From Candidatus Heimdallarchaeota archaeon (GTDB lineage: Archaea > Asgardarchaeota > Heimdallarchaeia > Hodarchaeales > Hodarchaeaceae), in the NCBI GenBank assembly GCA_020353515.1, contig CP070695.1:948127-1012126 (forward strand): a DNA stretch of 64,000 nt, written 5' to 3'. Shown here piece after piece: positions 18,879-28,549 of this stretch; position 1 is the stretch's first letter; each line of letters starts with the position of its first letter. Made by a program: the position numbers and the translations under genes. Under the pieces are notes generated by a model. It did no database searches. It saw nothing but the letters and a program-made list of their open reading frames with translations, and was not told the origin of the DNA.

Positions 18879-19596
18879 TTAACCATTCTTCCTTCTTTTT
18901 GCGTGTGATTTGAAATATGACATCTTCAGGGAGAATTATATATTTTTTACACATTTCTATCAAATCCTCAGGTACAGGACGTTCTCCAAAGAGACGTTCT
19001 GGGATAACATAACTTTCCCAATTTTCTTTTGTTAGACAATATGAGGGGACCCCACCTAGTTCATGTTCTACTTCGAGACGTGGCTCGAGCCGTAGTTCTT
19101 CCATCCATCGTCGGAACCCAATCGGAGACTCTGCTACAATGTAAACTTCTTCATTTCCCAAAAGAAAATGATTTTCCATCTTAGCCACAAATAAATGAGC
19201 GCCAACACGAAGACCTCTTTTGAATGTCATTGTGTGAAGGCTCATTCCAATTTTAGGATTAACAGTCAAACGGCTGTTGACAAGGCCTAATACCTCACCA
19301 GTATTCCCATCTTGCCCAAGAATAACATATTCATCATGAACTCTGTAATTAGTATAAGCTAATAGTTCCCCTAATATCCGAGCACCTACAATATCATAAT
19401 ATTGATAGTCTGTGAGTCTTACAATATCATAGAATAATGGAATAACTTGTTTTACCTCATCCCGTGAGATTTGGCGAACTACCATCTTGGTACCGTCAAC
19501 TAAATTGATATACTTTGGTGGATAAGGTGTATTTTCTGGGTTTATCTTATTTTGTGGAGGACGTAACATTTCTTCATCTATTGACATCGTTCTCAT
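18871..19596 (-). CDS. thiolase-associated protein, putative GNAT-like fold
   Basis: Overlaps thiolase start by 8 nt; SLHTMTFKRGLRVGAHLF resembles GNAT motif A; ESPIGF. Confidence 0.55.
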   Translation of the reverse strand: MRTMSIDEEMLRPPQNKINPENTPYPPKYINLVDGTKMVVRQISRDEVKQVIPLFYDIVRLTDYQYYDIVGARILGELLAYTNYRVHDEYVILGQDGNTGEVLGLVNSRLTVNPKIGMSLHTMTFKRGLRVGAHLFVAKMENHFLLGNEEVYIVAESPIGFRRWMEELRLEPRLEVEHELGGVPSYCLTKENWESYVIPERLFGERPVPEDLIEMCKKYIILPEDVIFQITRKKKEEWLNA

Positions 19597-19778
19597 CTCT
19601 CTTAGTATTTTTAACGGTATTTTAGTCGAAAAAATTCAGGAAACAAAACTTTTTCTAGCATTTATATCAGAGTTGTTCTTAATAAGTAATTTTGCTAAGT
19701 TTGACTCAGACTCTGAAGATTGGATGAAATAGGTTATTATTCCTCTTAAACGAGAAAATTACACCCTCTTATCTCAGG

Positions 19779-21053
19779 ATGAAAGATAGAATGGATCTAC
19801 TAATTAAAAATGCTTATACACGAGATGGAAAATTAGTAAACATCTTAGTTGAATACGGAATGATAAGAGAGATTACAGGTAAAAAATTGAAAGAAGCTGA
19901 CCAGACTATTGATGCCAAGGGTTCCTTAGTGACCGAAAGTCTCATTAGCCCTCACAATCATTTAGATAAGGTTTTAATTGGTGATATTATTGAACCCAAT
20001 GAATCAGGGACACTTTGGGAAGCTATTCAAAAAACATGGGAAGTTAAAAGGAATTATACAGCGGAGGAAATTTATCAACGAGCGAGTCAGGTTATTGATC
20101 ATCAAATAAAATACGGGGTAACGCACTTCCGAACACATGTAGATGTTGATTCTATTGGAAAGCTTACACCCCTTAAAGGCCTCCTTGCAGTAAAAGAAGC
20201 CTATAGGAATATTATTGAGCTTCAAGTTGTTGCTTTTCCTCAAGAAGGAATTTTGAAAGATGAAGGGACTGAGGATTTATTGTATTCTGCCATGGAAACT
20301 GGTGCGAACCTAATTGGTGGTATGCCTCATAATGAGTTCACTCCTCAAGATTCCCGACACCATATTGACATTTTGTTTGATATTGCAAAACAATTTAATG
20401 TCGATATTGATTCTCATACAGACGAAACTGATGATCCCAACTCTCGAACCCTACAGTACCTTGCATCTAGCACAATTAAACGAGATTATCGTGAAAGGGT
20501 TTCTGTAGATCATATTTGTTCTCTAGCTGCTCAGAATGACTATTATGCAAGTCGTATTATTGAATTAGTCAAGTTAGCAGAGATTAACGTTATAACAAAT
20601 CCAGGAACAAATATGGTTTTGCAAGGTAGATTAGATAATTATCCAAAACGAGTTGGAATTACAAGAGTGAAACAATTAGTTGAGGCAGGAGTAAATGTCA
20701 CTGCAGGCCAAGATTGCATAAATGATCCGTATTATCCCTTTGGGAAAGGAGATATGCTCGAGGTGGCCTTACTACTTGGTCATGCCGCCAAACTGACTAC
20801 TAATAATGAAATCAACAGCTTATATGACATGATTACTTATAATGCCGCTAAAACGATGGGGATTTCTGACCATAGGTTAGTTGAGGATACACCAGCTAAT
20901 CTTGTCATTTTACATGGTGTGAAGACTGTAAACGAGGCAATACGAAAAACACCTCCCGCACGTACAACCATTAGAAAAGGGAAAATTATATCAAAAACTT
21001 CTCTCACAGAAGAGCAATATTATGAGGTAGAAAAGCCTAAAACAAAGAATTAA
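19779..21053 (+). CDS. codA: cytosine deaminase-like amidohydrolase
   Basis: PHNHLDK, RTHVD, VAFPQEG, GGMPH, HTDETDD, GQDCINDPYYP. Confidence 0.88.
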   Translation: MKDRMDLLIKNAYTRDGKLVNILVEYGMIREITGKKLKEADQTIDAKGSLVTESLISPHNHLDKVLIGDIIEPNESGTLWEAIQKTWEVKRNYTAEEIYQRASQVIDHQIKYGVTHFRTHVDVDSIGKLTPLKGLLAVKEAYRNIIELQVVAFPQEGILKDEGTEDLLYSAMETGANLIGGMPHNEFTPQDSRHHIDILFDIAKQFNVDIDSHTDETDDPNSRTLQYLASSTIKRDYRERVSVDHICSLAAQNDYYASRIIELVKLAEINVITNPGTNMVLQGRLDNYPKRVGITRVKQLVEAGVNVTAGQDCINDPYYPFGKGDMLEVALLLGHAAKLTTNNEINSLYDMITYNAAKTMGISDHRLVEDTPANLVILHGVKTVNEAIRKTPPARTTIRKGKIISKTSLTEEQYYEVEKPKTKN

Positions 21054-21543
21054 TTATAGATACTATCGTTATTCCGATCCAAAGGACAATTAAACTAAGT
21101 TCTGGAAGAATTCCAACTCTTTTATAGGTCAGATCGGGCATTCTTAAGAAAACCAATTGTCGAATTTTATCCGCAATAGGATGAAGATAATAGCTCTTCC
21201 CCCAATCAGGTTGGCTTTTACGTGAAGCGATATTCCGTAAAGTATACCAATCCCATAAATCAGGTAAATTTGCGAAAAGCATTCCTAGCCAATACTCCCA
21301 AATACAGAGTCCGATAATTACAAATCCAATCAAATACACGAAAATATGCCAGGTAAGCCAAAAATTATCATGAATCCTTTCTGGAGGGTGGTAAGTAAAT
21401 CTAGCTAGGGCATCTAAAAGAAAATGAGAGGAAAAAGCGATAACAACTACTAGAATCGCAGAAAACCAATTGGAGGGTGGAATTATTGCATAAATCGTGA
21501 ATTGAACAATAATCCCTGCTATAAGATGTGTAGGAAGTTGCAT
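21037..21543 (-). CDS. membrane-bound metal-dependent hydrolase-like (YdjM-like)
   Basis: THLIAG, SHFLLD, NLPD, later His; hydrophobic segments. Confidence 0.55.
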   Translation of the reverse strand: MQLPTHLIAGIIVQFTIYAIIPPSNWFSAILVVVIAFSSHFLLDALARFTYHPPERIHDNFWLTWHIFVYLIGFVIIGLCIWEYWLGMLFANLPDLWDWYTLRNIASRKSQPDWGKSYYLHPIADKIRQLVFLRMPDLTYKRVGILPELSLIVLWIGITIVSIINSLF

Positions 21544-21562
21544 TTTCGGACTACCACGGATT

Positions 21563-22171
21563 TTACGATTTGTGTGAGGATCTTTGATATAAGAACCATA
21601 CTAAACTAATAATCCAAAAAACTAGAACTAATATTAATAATCCAAATTTAAGAGTAGCAAAAAAAGAAGCAAGGAAGGGGGAGAATGTAGGAAAGTTTGA
21701 GGGAGAAGACAGCATTAAAATGAGATTTAAATTCTCGATAGCGTCAAAGAGGGCAGCTATAAAGGGTACTATTGTCATGTATAAGCCAACTAGTTGTATT
21801 TGCCCAGATAACAACTTTCGTACAATTAATAATGTAATTCCTGCAAGAAATGTCGAATAAGCCAGGAGGAACCCATAATCTATGTAGGTTACTGTTAATT
21901 CTTGAGTAATTAGTTCTTCTGTCCATGTTCCGAATATTTGTTCTATTTGTTCCATTGTCCAAGCAAATTCTAATTCCATTACTCCGTATGGGCTAGCAGC
22001 CTTCAATGCAGCCTCCACAGGACGCATTAATAGAAAAATGATTACTGAAGCGATAGCAGCCAATCCAGTCAGAATGATAACAATTTTTTGAGAGGGAGAG
22101 GTTTCTAGCTTTCGTATAAGAGGATTATTCATATTGTTCAACTCAATGATTATCACACTTAGGCTTAACAA
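21563..22171 (-). CDS. 4-TM membrane protein
   Basis: Hydrophobic helices; LEFAW, DYGF, FDAIEN motifs. Confidence 0.7.
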   Translation of the reverse strand: MLSLSVIIIELNNMNNPLIRKLETSPSQKIVIILTGLAAIASVIIFLLMRPVEAALKAASPYGVMELEFAWTMEQIEQIFGTWTEELITQELTVTYIDYGFLLAYSTFLAGITLLIVRKLLSGQIQLVGLYMTIVPFIAALFDAIENLNLILMLSSPSNFPTFSPFLASFFATLKFGLLILVLVFWIISLVWFLYQRSSHKS

Positions 22172-22827
22172 TCTATTTTTTTGGTGGATTGATATATCTT
22201 TTCTAAATATTCACTCATTTCATGAACCGCGGCATTAAGATCACCATTATTGTGAATAACTATATCTGGTAAAGGTATGTCAATCTTTTCATGCATACGG
22301 TTAATTCTCTCATGCAAAAGACTTGTATTTTCCCTCCCTCGTACTTTTAAACGAGTTTCAGCCACCTTATTCTCTACTTCAATCAAAATTATTTTAGATT
22401 GAGGGTATTTCTTCCGAGCTTCATAGAGAATACTACGAGAAACATTCACAAGAACTATTTCTCCTCGTTGAAGAGGCTCTTCAAGTGTCATTCGTGGGCA
22501 TCCATACCAATTGTTATAGACATACCAAGATAAAGCAAATTCATTCTTTGCTTTTTTCTGTAGAAATTGTGTCTCGGATATATAGAGGGAATTTTCAGTT
22601 TCATCTGATGGTCTCGTAATATATCTCTGTACTATATTAACTGGAATCTGTTTTTCAAAGAGATTATTTGAAGCTAGTCGCATTATTGTATCTTTTCCAC
22701 TACCTGATTTCCCTACTACAAAAACCAGCAAATCACTAGCAAGCTGAGATTTTATATTATCTGATTCCACTTTAGTAGACCACGAAACTTGATTTATGAT
22801 TATTATAACATGATCTTGTTTTCTCAT
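22165..22827 (-). CDS. phnN: ribose 1,5-bisphosphokinase PhnN / guanylate kinase-like
   Basis: GKSGSGKDT P-loop, RYITR, FALSW....WYG, NVSR, RGRE, NNGDL. Confidence 0.75.
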   Translation of the reverse strand: MRKQDHVIIIINQVSWSTKVESDNIKSQLASDLLVFVVGKSGSGKDTIMRLASNNLFEKQIPVNIVQRYITRPSDETENSLYISETQFLQKKAKNEFALSWYVYNNWYGCPRMTLEEPLQRGEIVLVNVSRSILYEARKKYPQSKIILIEVENKVAETRLKVRGRENTSLLHERINRMHEKIDIPLPDIVIHNNGDLNAAVHEMSEYLEKIYQSTKKIDC

Positions 22828-22990
22828 ATCAAATTTGGCATCTCTTAAAAACTATCAAAATCTCGTCCAATGTAATTTTGACAAAGGATTAATATTACAA
22901 AATTTACCCAAGAGACACATAAAATGTAAAGGTTCTAGAATAATACTCAGTATAAGGGTTGAAGGATGTTAACAGAGGAAGGAATTCTTC

Positions 22991-23527
22991 ATGGCCAAAT
23001 TTATTTTTAAAATTGTGTTGATTGGGGATGGGGCCGTAGGAAAGACATCCATCCGACGTAGATATATGGGTGAAGGGTTTCGAACAGACTTTCTAGCTAC
23101 TATGGGAGCAGATTTTGCATATCTTAAGACCAATATTGATGGGAATGAAATTGAGTGGCAAATTTGGGATCTCGCGGGCCAACCAGCTTTTAGAAACGTT
23201 ATGAAAGCTTATTTTAAGGGTACAATGGGTGCATTAGCAGTTTATGATGTTTCTCAACCTGATACATTAGAAAATATCGATTCCTGGACACAAGAGGCTC
23301 AATTTCATGCGAATACTTTTTCGGAACTTCCCATTGTGATAGTTGGGAATAAAATAGATTTACGAGAAGAGATTCCCAATTGCACGAAGACAATCAATGG
23401 TTTTGTAAAAGCAAAATCTTTAAATGCAGAATTCATTGAAACATCAGCTAAAACGGGAGAGAATATTGAAGATGCTTTTGCTAAACTTGCTCATCAAATT
23501 ATGAAAAAAACAAATGAATTAATCTAA
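22991..23527 (+). CDS. Rab-like small GTPase (Ras superfamily)
   Basis: G1 GDGAVGKT, G2 ATMGADF, G3 WDLAGQ, G4 NKID, G5 ETSAK; no C-terminal Cys. Confidence 0.95.
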   Translation: MAKFIFKIVLIGDGAVGKTSIRRRYMGEGFRTDFLATMGADFAYLKTNIDGNEIEWQIWDLAGQPAFRNVMKAYFKGTMGALAVYDVSQPDTLENIDSWTQEAQFHANTFSELPIVIVGNKIDLREEIPNCTKTINGFVKAKSLNAEFIETSAKTGENIEDAFAKLAHQIMKKTNELI

Positions 23528-23596
23528 GAATAATTTATGGGTGACAAACCTAAAGAAAAAAACCTAACTCCCTCCTTGATCTAAATCTTCTCTATT

Positions 23597-24277
23597 CTAT
23601 AATCTAGTGAGAGCCCATATCCCACCAGCATCGCCAAGGAGAAATACTAATAGTCCTTGAATGGTGAGAAGTCCACATAGAATAATAACAACTGGAGCCC
23701 AGCTGATTAATTGCAATATTCTATCAATTGTAAACTCTGTGAACCATGTAATAACGAACAATATTGCGACAATGATCACGATTAGTAAGATTACAAGCCA
23801 TAGGGGGATATTAATAGCACCAAGTTCAATGTTTGAAAATCCACCACTAAGATCTGCGTAGAATAATAAAATTCCCGCTAACGCTCCAAAGGCGATTGTG
23901 GCAACAATTGCTGCTATTGGGGTATCTTTTAATGGTTCTGCTAGCATTGAGGAGCCAGCTAGAAAAATTAATAACACTGTTAACCAGTGAACCATCTCTA
24001 CTGATACATCTGGATTTCCAAAGGGAAGTAAATCATCCAAGACCCACTCATAAATCGCCCAGAGATTCACTAATCCTATTACGATACTTGTAGCTAAGGC
24101 TAAGTACTTCAGGATTGTAGATTCGTCATCTTTTGACTTTATTAGCTTGTTGATTCCGTAAGCAAGACCAATAATGCCTGCAACAATAACGATAATGGGT
24201 AATAATAAATCTAAAATCTCTTCGAACATTTTTTCCACATCTTTGATTAAATTGTGCTCTAGATTCTGTTTTTCCAC
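23597..24277 (-). CDS. hypothetical multi-pass membrane protein
   Basis: About 6 hydrophobic segments. Confidence 0.7.
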   Translation of the reverse strand: MEKQNLEHNLIKDVEKMFEEILDLLLPIIVIVAGIIGLAYGINKLIKSKDDESTILKYLALATSIVIGLVNLWAIYEWVLDDLLPFGNPDVSVEMVHWLTVLLIFLAGSSMLAEPLKDTPIAAIVATIAFGALAGILLFYADLSGGFSNIELGAINIPLWLVILLIVIIVAILFVITWFTEFTIDRILQLISWAPVVIILCGLLTIQGLLVFLLGDAGGIWALTRL

Positions 24278-24393
24278 TATAAATAATTAAGATTTGTATT
24301 GACTTCCATATCAAGAAAAATGAGTACTACTCCCTATTCTCTTGTTTCTTTTCATAAAAATGCAAAATACCGAATAAAAGTGAAAAATATGGT

Positions 24394-25035
24394 CTAAATT
24401 CCACCTGAGATAATTTTATTCATCACAATCTGAAAATATTCTTGAATTAGACTTTGATCATGGTTAATATGAATTTGAAAAAGCTTGGCTAAGGTCACAC
24501 ATTTTAGAACGTTATGCAATAAAGAGAAATTCGGATCTGCAATTTCCCCCAGACGTCTAATACCAGCAAAGAAATGCCTTGAAATGTCATTATCATCTCT
24601 GGCTGGAATTTTGTGAATACATAATTGGATATACGAATCATATAGTTGATCAACAAGTTTTTCAAATTGTTGTGTATCAAAAACTTCGAGAATAGAAGAA
24701 ATGGTAGTAATGAATAGAATGTCTTCTGTTGCAAGCCCCTCTCTGAGGAATACGTGAGTTTTTTCATGAAAACGTAGCAGGACTAATTTTGGGTTAATTT
24801 GTAAGAAAATAGCTGCCTCTTCCAACACAACTTCATTGGGGGTAGGATCCGTTCCTTTTAAACTTAAATCGTATAAAAAGTCTGAAAGATGCAGAAAAAC
24901 ATGTTCAGCTCCTTGGATTTCTATTTGAAGTCGATGAGTACGATCTGTAATGAGGTTCGGACGAATGAAGAACTGTTGACACACTAGTTGTTTGATAACT
25001 TCATCCCTTTGAATTGGGTCTTTCTGCATGATCAA
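24394..25035 (-). CDS. hypothetical protein
   Basis: 213-aa ORF, mainly helical composition, no motif recognised. Confidence 0.65.
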   Translation of the reverse strand: MIMQKDPIQRDEVIKQLVCQQFFIRPNLITDRTHRLQIEIQGAEHVFLHLSDFLYDLSLKGTDPTPNEVVLEEAAIFLQINPKLVLLRFHEKTHVFLREGLATEDILFITTISSILEVFDTQQFEKLVDQLYDSYIQLCIHKIPARDDNDISRHFFAGIRRLGEIADPNFSLLHNVLKCVTLAKLFQIHINHDQSLIQEYFQIVMNKIISGGI

Positions 25036-25157
25036 CCTTCTTTTACACCATTACATCTGAGGAGTTGGAATTATTTTCAGATGAATAATAGATATCAGGA
25101 TTGAAAACATTACTAGTGAATTTCTCCGAGAAAACTTCAATCAATTAAAAGAGTTAT

Positions 25158-28040
25158 TTATTGCAATCGGTTTGTAATTGATCTTGTATTGAATCTATAT
25201 AAGCGTTTCATTGATTTTTCTGACAATTCAAGGTATTTTGCATAAAATTGATCAATCTCGGTACGAACCTTAGAATATCTCAACATTGAAGCTCGGTTTT
25301 CTTCGAGGATCAACTGATTCATAAGTTTCTTAATATGATTTTCTTCAGCTATTGCTTCAACTGGGATTCTAACTTCTCGTAACCAGTATACATTTGTATC
25401 TAAAACCCCAAATCCCATATTAGTAATACCTTGGGCCTCCATCTGAGCCCATACTAAGCTACTATTAAGATAAGTAAAGATTAATGGTAATATTTCTGGT
25501 TGTTTGACTAGTATTCCATAGAAACGTTGATCAGGCATCAATCCAGCTTGGTTGTAAAAGCATCCTGATTTATCATGATAGCTCTTTGTCCAGAGTAATG
25601 AAGGTGTAGGATATCTTCCTATTGAATACCAATAATCTCGTTGTTCAACACTACGAACTGAGGAGAATCCTAGAGTTTTTTCTCCAACTTTCTTTCCTTG
25701 CTTTATTGTTATCGTAGTATTTTCCCCCCATTTAATGTATGTCCACGCCTTAGACCCTTGTAGTTGAGTAGGGGAATCATGACAATAAAAAAGCCATAAT
25801 TGGGGGATAAATGAAGGAGGAATAATGAATCCTTTAATGTGGTTAGGACTCTTAATTAAGGGTTCAAGATATTTCTCTTCGATTAATCCCTCAAATCCAG
25901 AACGATTTCTCACATAAACTTTTCCATCAGTTCGTTTTTTCTCTAAACGTTGGAGGTGGAAGAAATCATTGGCACCAGTCTTGATTCCAAACCGTACATC
26001 TGCTAAGTTAGCGAGAGGAACACCTTTTTTTCCAAAATCTTGGATTATTTTTCTTTCCGAATGAGACATCCGTAGAAACGTCCCTGCCCACTTATGCGTT
26101 CTTTTAAGGAGTTCTTTTGGAATTTGTTCTGTTCGATAAAAATCATCTTCATAAGTATTTCTTGAAATGAGTCCTTTTTTCAATGAGGAGAGAGGAATCT
26201 GAGGAAAGTTTACTTGTGATTGAGTAAAGGTACCACTTGACAACTTAGCTTCATATGAGGTTTTTTCCGCTATAAGAATGATTGAGTTTATCCCAAGATG
26301 CTGCCACAGCCGTTTCCCACTCCGATGGATAATATCAAAATTAATAATATGTTGGTTGGGATCTAATAAAAACATCTGCAGAGTTCGACCATAATTCACC
26401 TCAAGCCAAGCATTACTAGTTAAGAAAGCTAGTACTCCTCCCTTTTCTAGAAGAGATAATCCCATAAGACAAAAATAAATGTAGAGATCACTTTTCCGAT
26501 CAAAATGGATGGAATTACCCGATAGATCTTTTATCTGGCTTTGAATAAGATCTTTATATTCAGGAGCTTGTCCAATTCCAATATCTTCATGCCTGACCCA
26601 TGGTGGATTCCCTAGAATGAGATCATATTTCTTTTCATAAATTTCCTTATGATTAAAGAAATCTCCTTCCATGATATTATTGATGTCCCATCTAATTGGG
26701 AACTTTTTTCCTTTTACAGAGCTTTTGAAAGAAAAATTTGAGAATTCATGAATTCTGAAAAAGATTAAACGAATTTTGGTTATCAAAACTGCAATTTCAT
26801 CAGAGTCAATTGCGACAATCTCAACTATGGGGAAGTTTCTATTTGTTGCAATTGATCCAGAGGACGCTAAACGAGTTAATAGACGAGATACACTCAAGAG
26901 AAATGTTCCTGTGCCACAAGCTGGATCTAAAACTCTTGATAAAGACTGATTTGATAATTGGGTTAGATCTATTACCTTAGGCTCCTCTTTTCCTAATCCC
27001 CAATCCTGGTACACCCATTTGAAAAGGTTGTCAGATGAGATACCAGGTAATTTATTTGCGAGAAGACGATATACAGCTAAATAAGATATGAAATCAGCAT
27101 GGGCTATGGAAGTATAATACTTTCCTTCTTTTTTCTTCTTAGAGGAAGATATAAACACATTTTCTGTTACATCTGATAAAACTGATGGATTAATGGCAAC
27201 TTCCTGTATAAAACCCGTAGGTTCGGTAAGAGAAAAAATATACCTTTCTTGAAGGTCTTGGATCATTTTCATATCTAATGAAAAAGTACTCAGACCAAAT
27301 TTGTTGAAAAGTACCTCTATTATAGATATCTCCTCATTAATGACCACCTGTTGTGAGTCAAACTCCTTTAACTTTCTAAAACACTCCTGTAATGAAATTT
27401 GTTTGAGATTATAGATATCACATTTTAAACAATCTAGGAAATTATCAATCAACGATAATTCAGAAAAAAATAAGAGAAGTGAAATATATAAAATTAGTTG
27501 GACTCTTAATTCAACATTAGAGGTTGTAATTTTCTCTTTCATAAATTTTAAAAAATCAGCTTCCAACGCAGGAACATCAAACATTTCCTGTAATAATTCT
27601 AAAGAAACTTTGTTTGATCTTCGAATTAATTCTTGAAAATATATAGGTATTCGTCCTCGGGGAAGGTGAATAATTTTTAATGAACTAAATGAGACTTCAG
27701 AATTAGAATCGAAGTAGAAAAGTGAAATTCCTTTTAAAGAAGGATGAAGAACAAGTATTTGTTTGTATTCAGTCCTTAAGAGATCTAATTGTGCTATGGT
27801 CCCAACACACACTTTAACTATAGAATTAACTTTATACTCACCCTTTATTAGGAAGATGAGGAGATTTTTAGTTTTACCTAAGGTAAATATATCATTTACG
27901 GCCTCACAACTGATACCAGGCAGTTCACTTGGAGGTTTAATACATAAAAAATGGAGAAAAGGAAGCCATGCTTCTGGCTCCATATCTGGATTTTTACAAT
28001 AGTTATACCAAAGCCTTTCCAGTTTGAATTGTTTATCCAA
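25158..28040 (-). CDS. Eco57I/TaqI-type N6-adenine DNA methyltransferase with C-terminal target recognition region
   Basis: GKYYT, VLDPACGTGTFL, GNPPW, DLYIYF, SNAWL...YG, GIKTGANDFF. Confidence 0.88.
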   Translation of the reverse strand: MDKQFKLERLWYNYCKNPDMEPEAWLPFLHFLCIKPPSELPGISCEAVNDIFTLGKTKNLLIFLIKGEYKVNSIVKVCVGTIAQLDLLRTEYKQILVLHPSLKGISLFYFDSNSEVSFSSLKIIHLPRGRIPIYFQELIRRSNKVSLELLQEMFDVPALEADFLKFMKEKITTSNVELRVQLILYISLLLFFSELSLIDNFLDCLKCDIYNLKQISLQECFRKLKEFDSQQVVINEEISIIEVLFNKFGLSTFSLDMKMIQDLQERYIFSLTEPTGFIQEVAINPSVLSDVTENVFISSSKKKKEGKYYTSIAHADFISYLAVYRLLANKLPGISSDNLFKWVYQDWGLGKEEPKVIDLTQLSNQSLSRVLDPACGTGTFLLSVSRLLTRLASSGSIATNRNFPIVEIVAIDSDEIAVLITKIRLIFFRIHEFSNFSFKSSVKGKKFPIRWDINNIMEGDFFNHKEIYEKKYDLILGNPPWVRHEDIGIGQAPEYKDLIQSQIKDLSGNSIHFDRKSDLYIYFCLMGLSLLEKGGVLAFLTSNAWLEVNYGRTLQMFLLDPNQHIINFDIIHRSGKRLWQHLGINSIILIAEKTSYEAKLSSGTFTQSQVNFPQIPLSSLKKGLISRNTYEDDFYRTEQIPKELLKRTHKWAGTFLRMSHSERKIIQDFGKKGVPLANLADVRFGIKTGANDFFHLQRLEKKRTDGKVYVRNRSGFEGLIEEKYLEPLIKSPNHIKGFIIPPSFIPQLWLFYCHDSPTQLQGSKAWTYIKWGENTTITIKQGKKVGEKTLGFSSVRSVEQRDYWYSIGRYPTPSLLWTKSYHDKSGCFYNQAGLMPDQRFYGILVKQPEILPLIFTYLNSSLVWAQMEAQGITNMGFGVLDTNVYWLREVRIPVEAIAEENHIKKLMNQLILEENRASMLRYSKVRTEIDQFYAKYLELSEKSMKRLYRFNTRSITNRLQ

Positions 28041-28069
28041 ATCTCATTTCTACCTATAAATAAATCTTC

Positions 28070-28546
28070 TTATCTTTTACGCATATTTACGACAATTAGG
28101 ACAATACCTATGATTAAGAATGCTAAAACAATAAGAACTTGGAGGATTTCCCACCATACTACCCCAGAGAAAAATGTTCCTACAGCTTCACCAAAATTTT
28201 CACCCCAGTTCCCCATAAACTCTCCAAAATCTGATCCAATCTGTCCCATAGTCTCACCAAAACCGCCAAAAAAAGTACCAATAAAGTTACCAAAGTCACT
28301 GAAGATAACTGGCATGAAAATTGCAACTGCTATAATTATACTTAAGACAATAAAAACTACACCCACTATTATTCCAGGTGCAGGTTCTGCTTCTTCACCA
28401 AAACACAGGTTATCGCCTCTTGCTACTACTCGTTTCGTTGGAACAAACTCAACCTGTTCCCCCTTGGGAATTGTCAATGCAGAACCACATTGACGACAGA
28501 ATTTTGCGTTTGGTTCATTTGTATGTCCACATTTCATACAATCCAT
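28070..28546 (-). CDS. zinc-ribbon membrane protein with Gly/Phe 11-mer repeats
   Basis: CMKCG...AKFCRQCG, LCFGE, two TM helices flanking four 11-aa repeats. Confidence 0.8.
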   Translation of the reverse strand: MDCMKCGHTNEPNAKFCRQCGSALTIPKGEQVEFVPTKRVVARGDNLCFGEEAEPAPGIIVGVVFIVLSIIIAVAIFMPVIFSDFGNFIGTFFGGFGETMGQIGSDFGEFMGNWGENFGEAVGTFFSGVVWWEILQVLIVLAFLIIGIVLIVVNMRKR

Positions 28547-28549
28547 TTT

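Noticed and set aside
2-28040. BREX system from the ATPase plus the large methyltransferase
   Set aside because: The genes are 23 kb apart, separated by housekeeping genes, with no pglZ/brxL/brxA/brxB
27951-28493. 180-aa Pro/Lys-rich ORF with repeated PK motifs
   Set aside because: Antisense mirror of the FG repeats in 28070..28546
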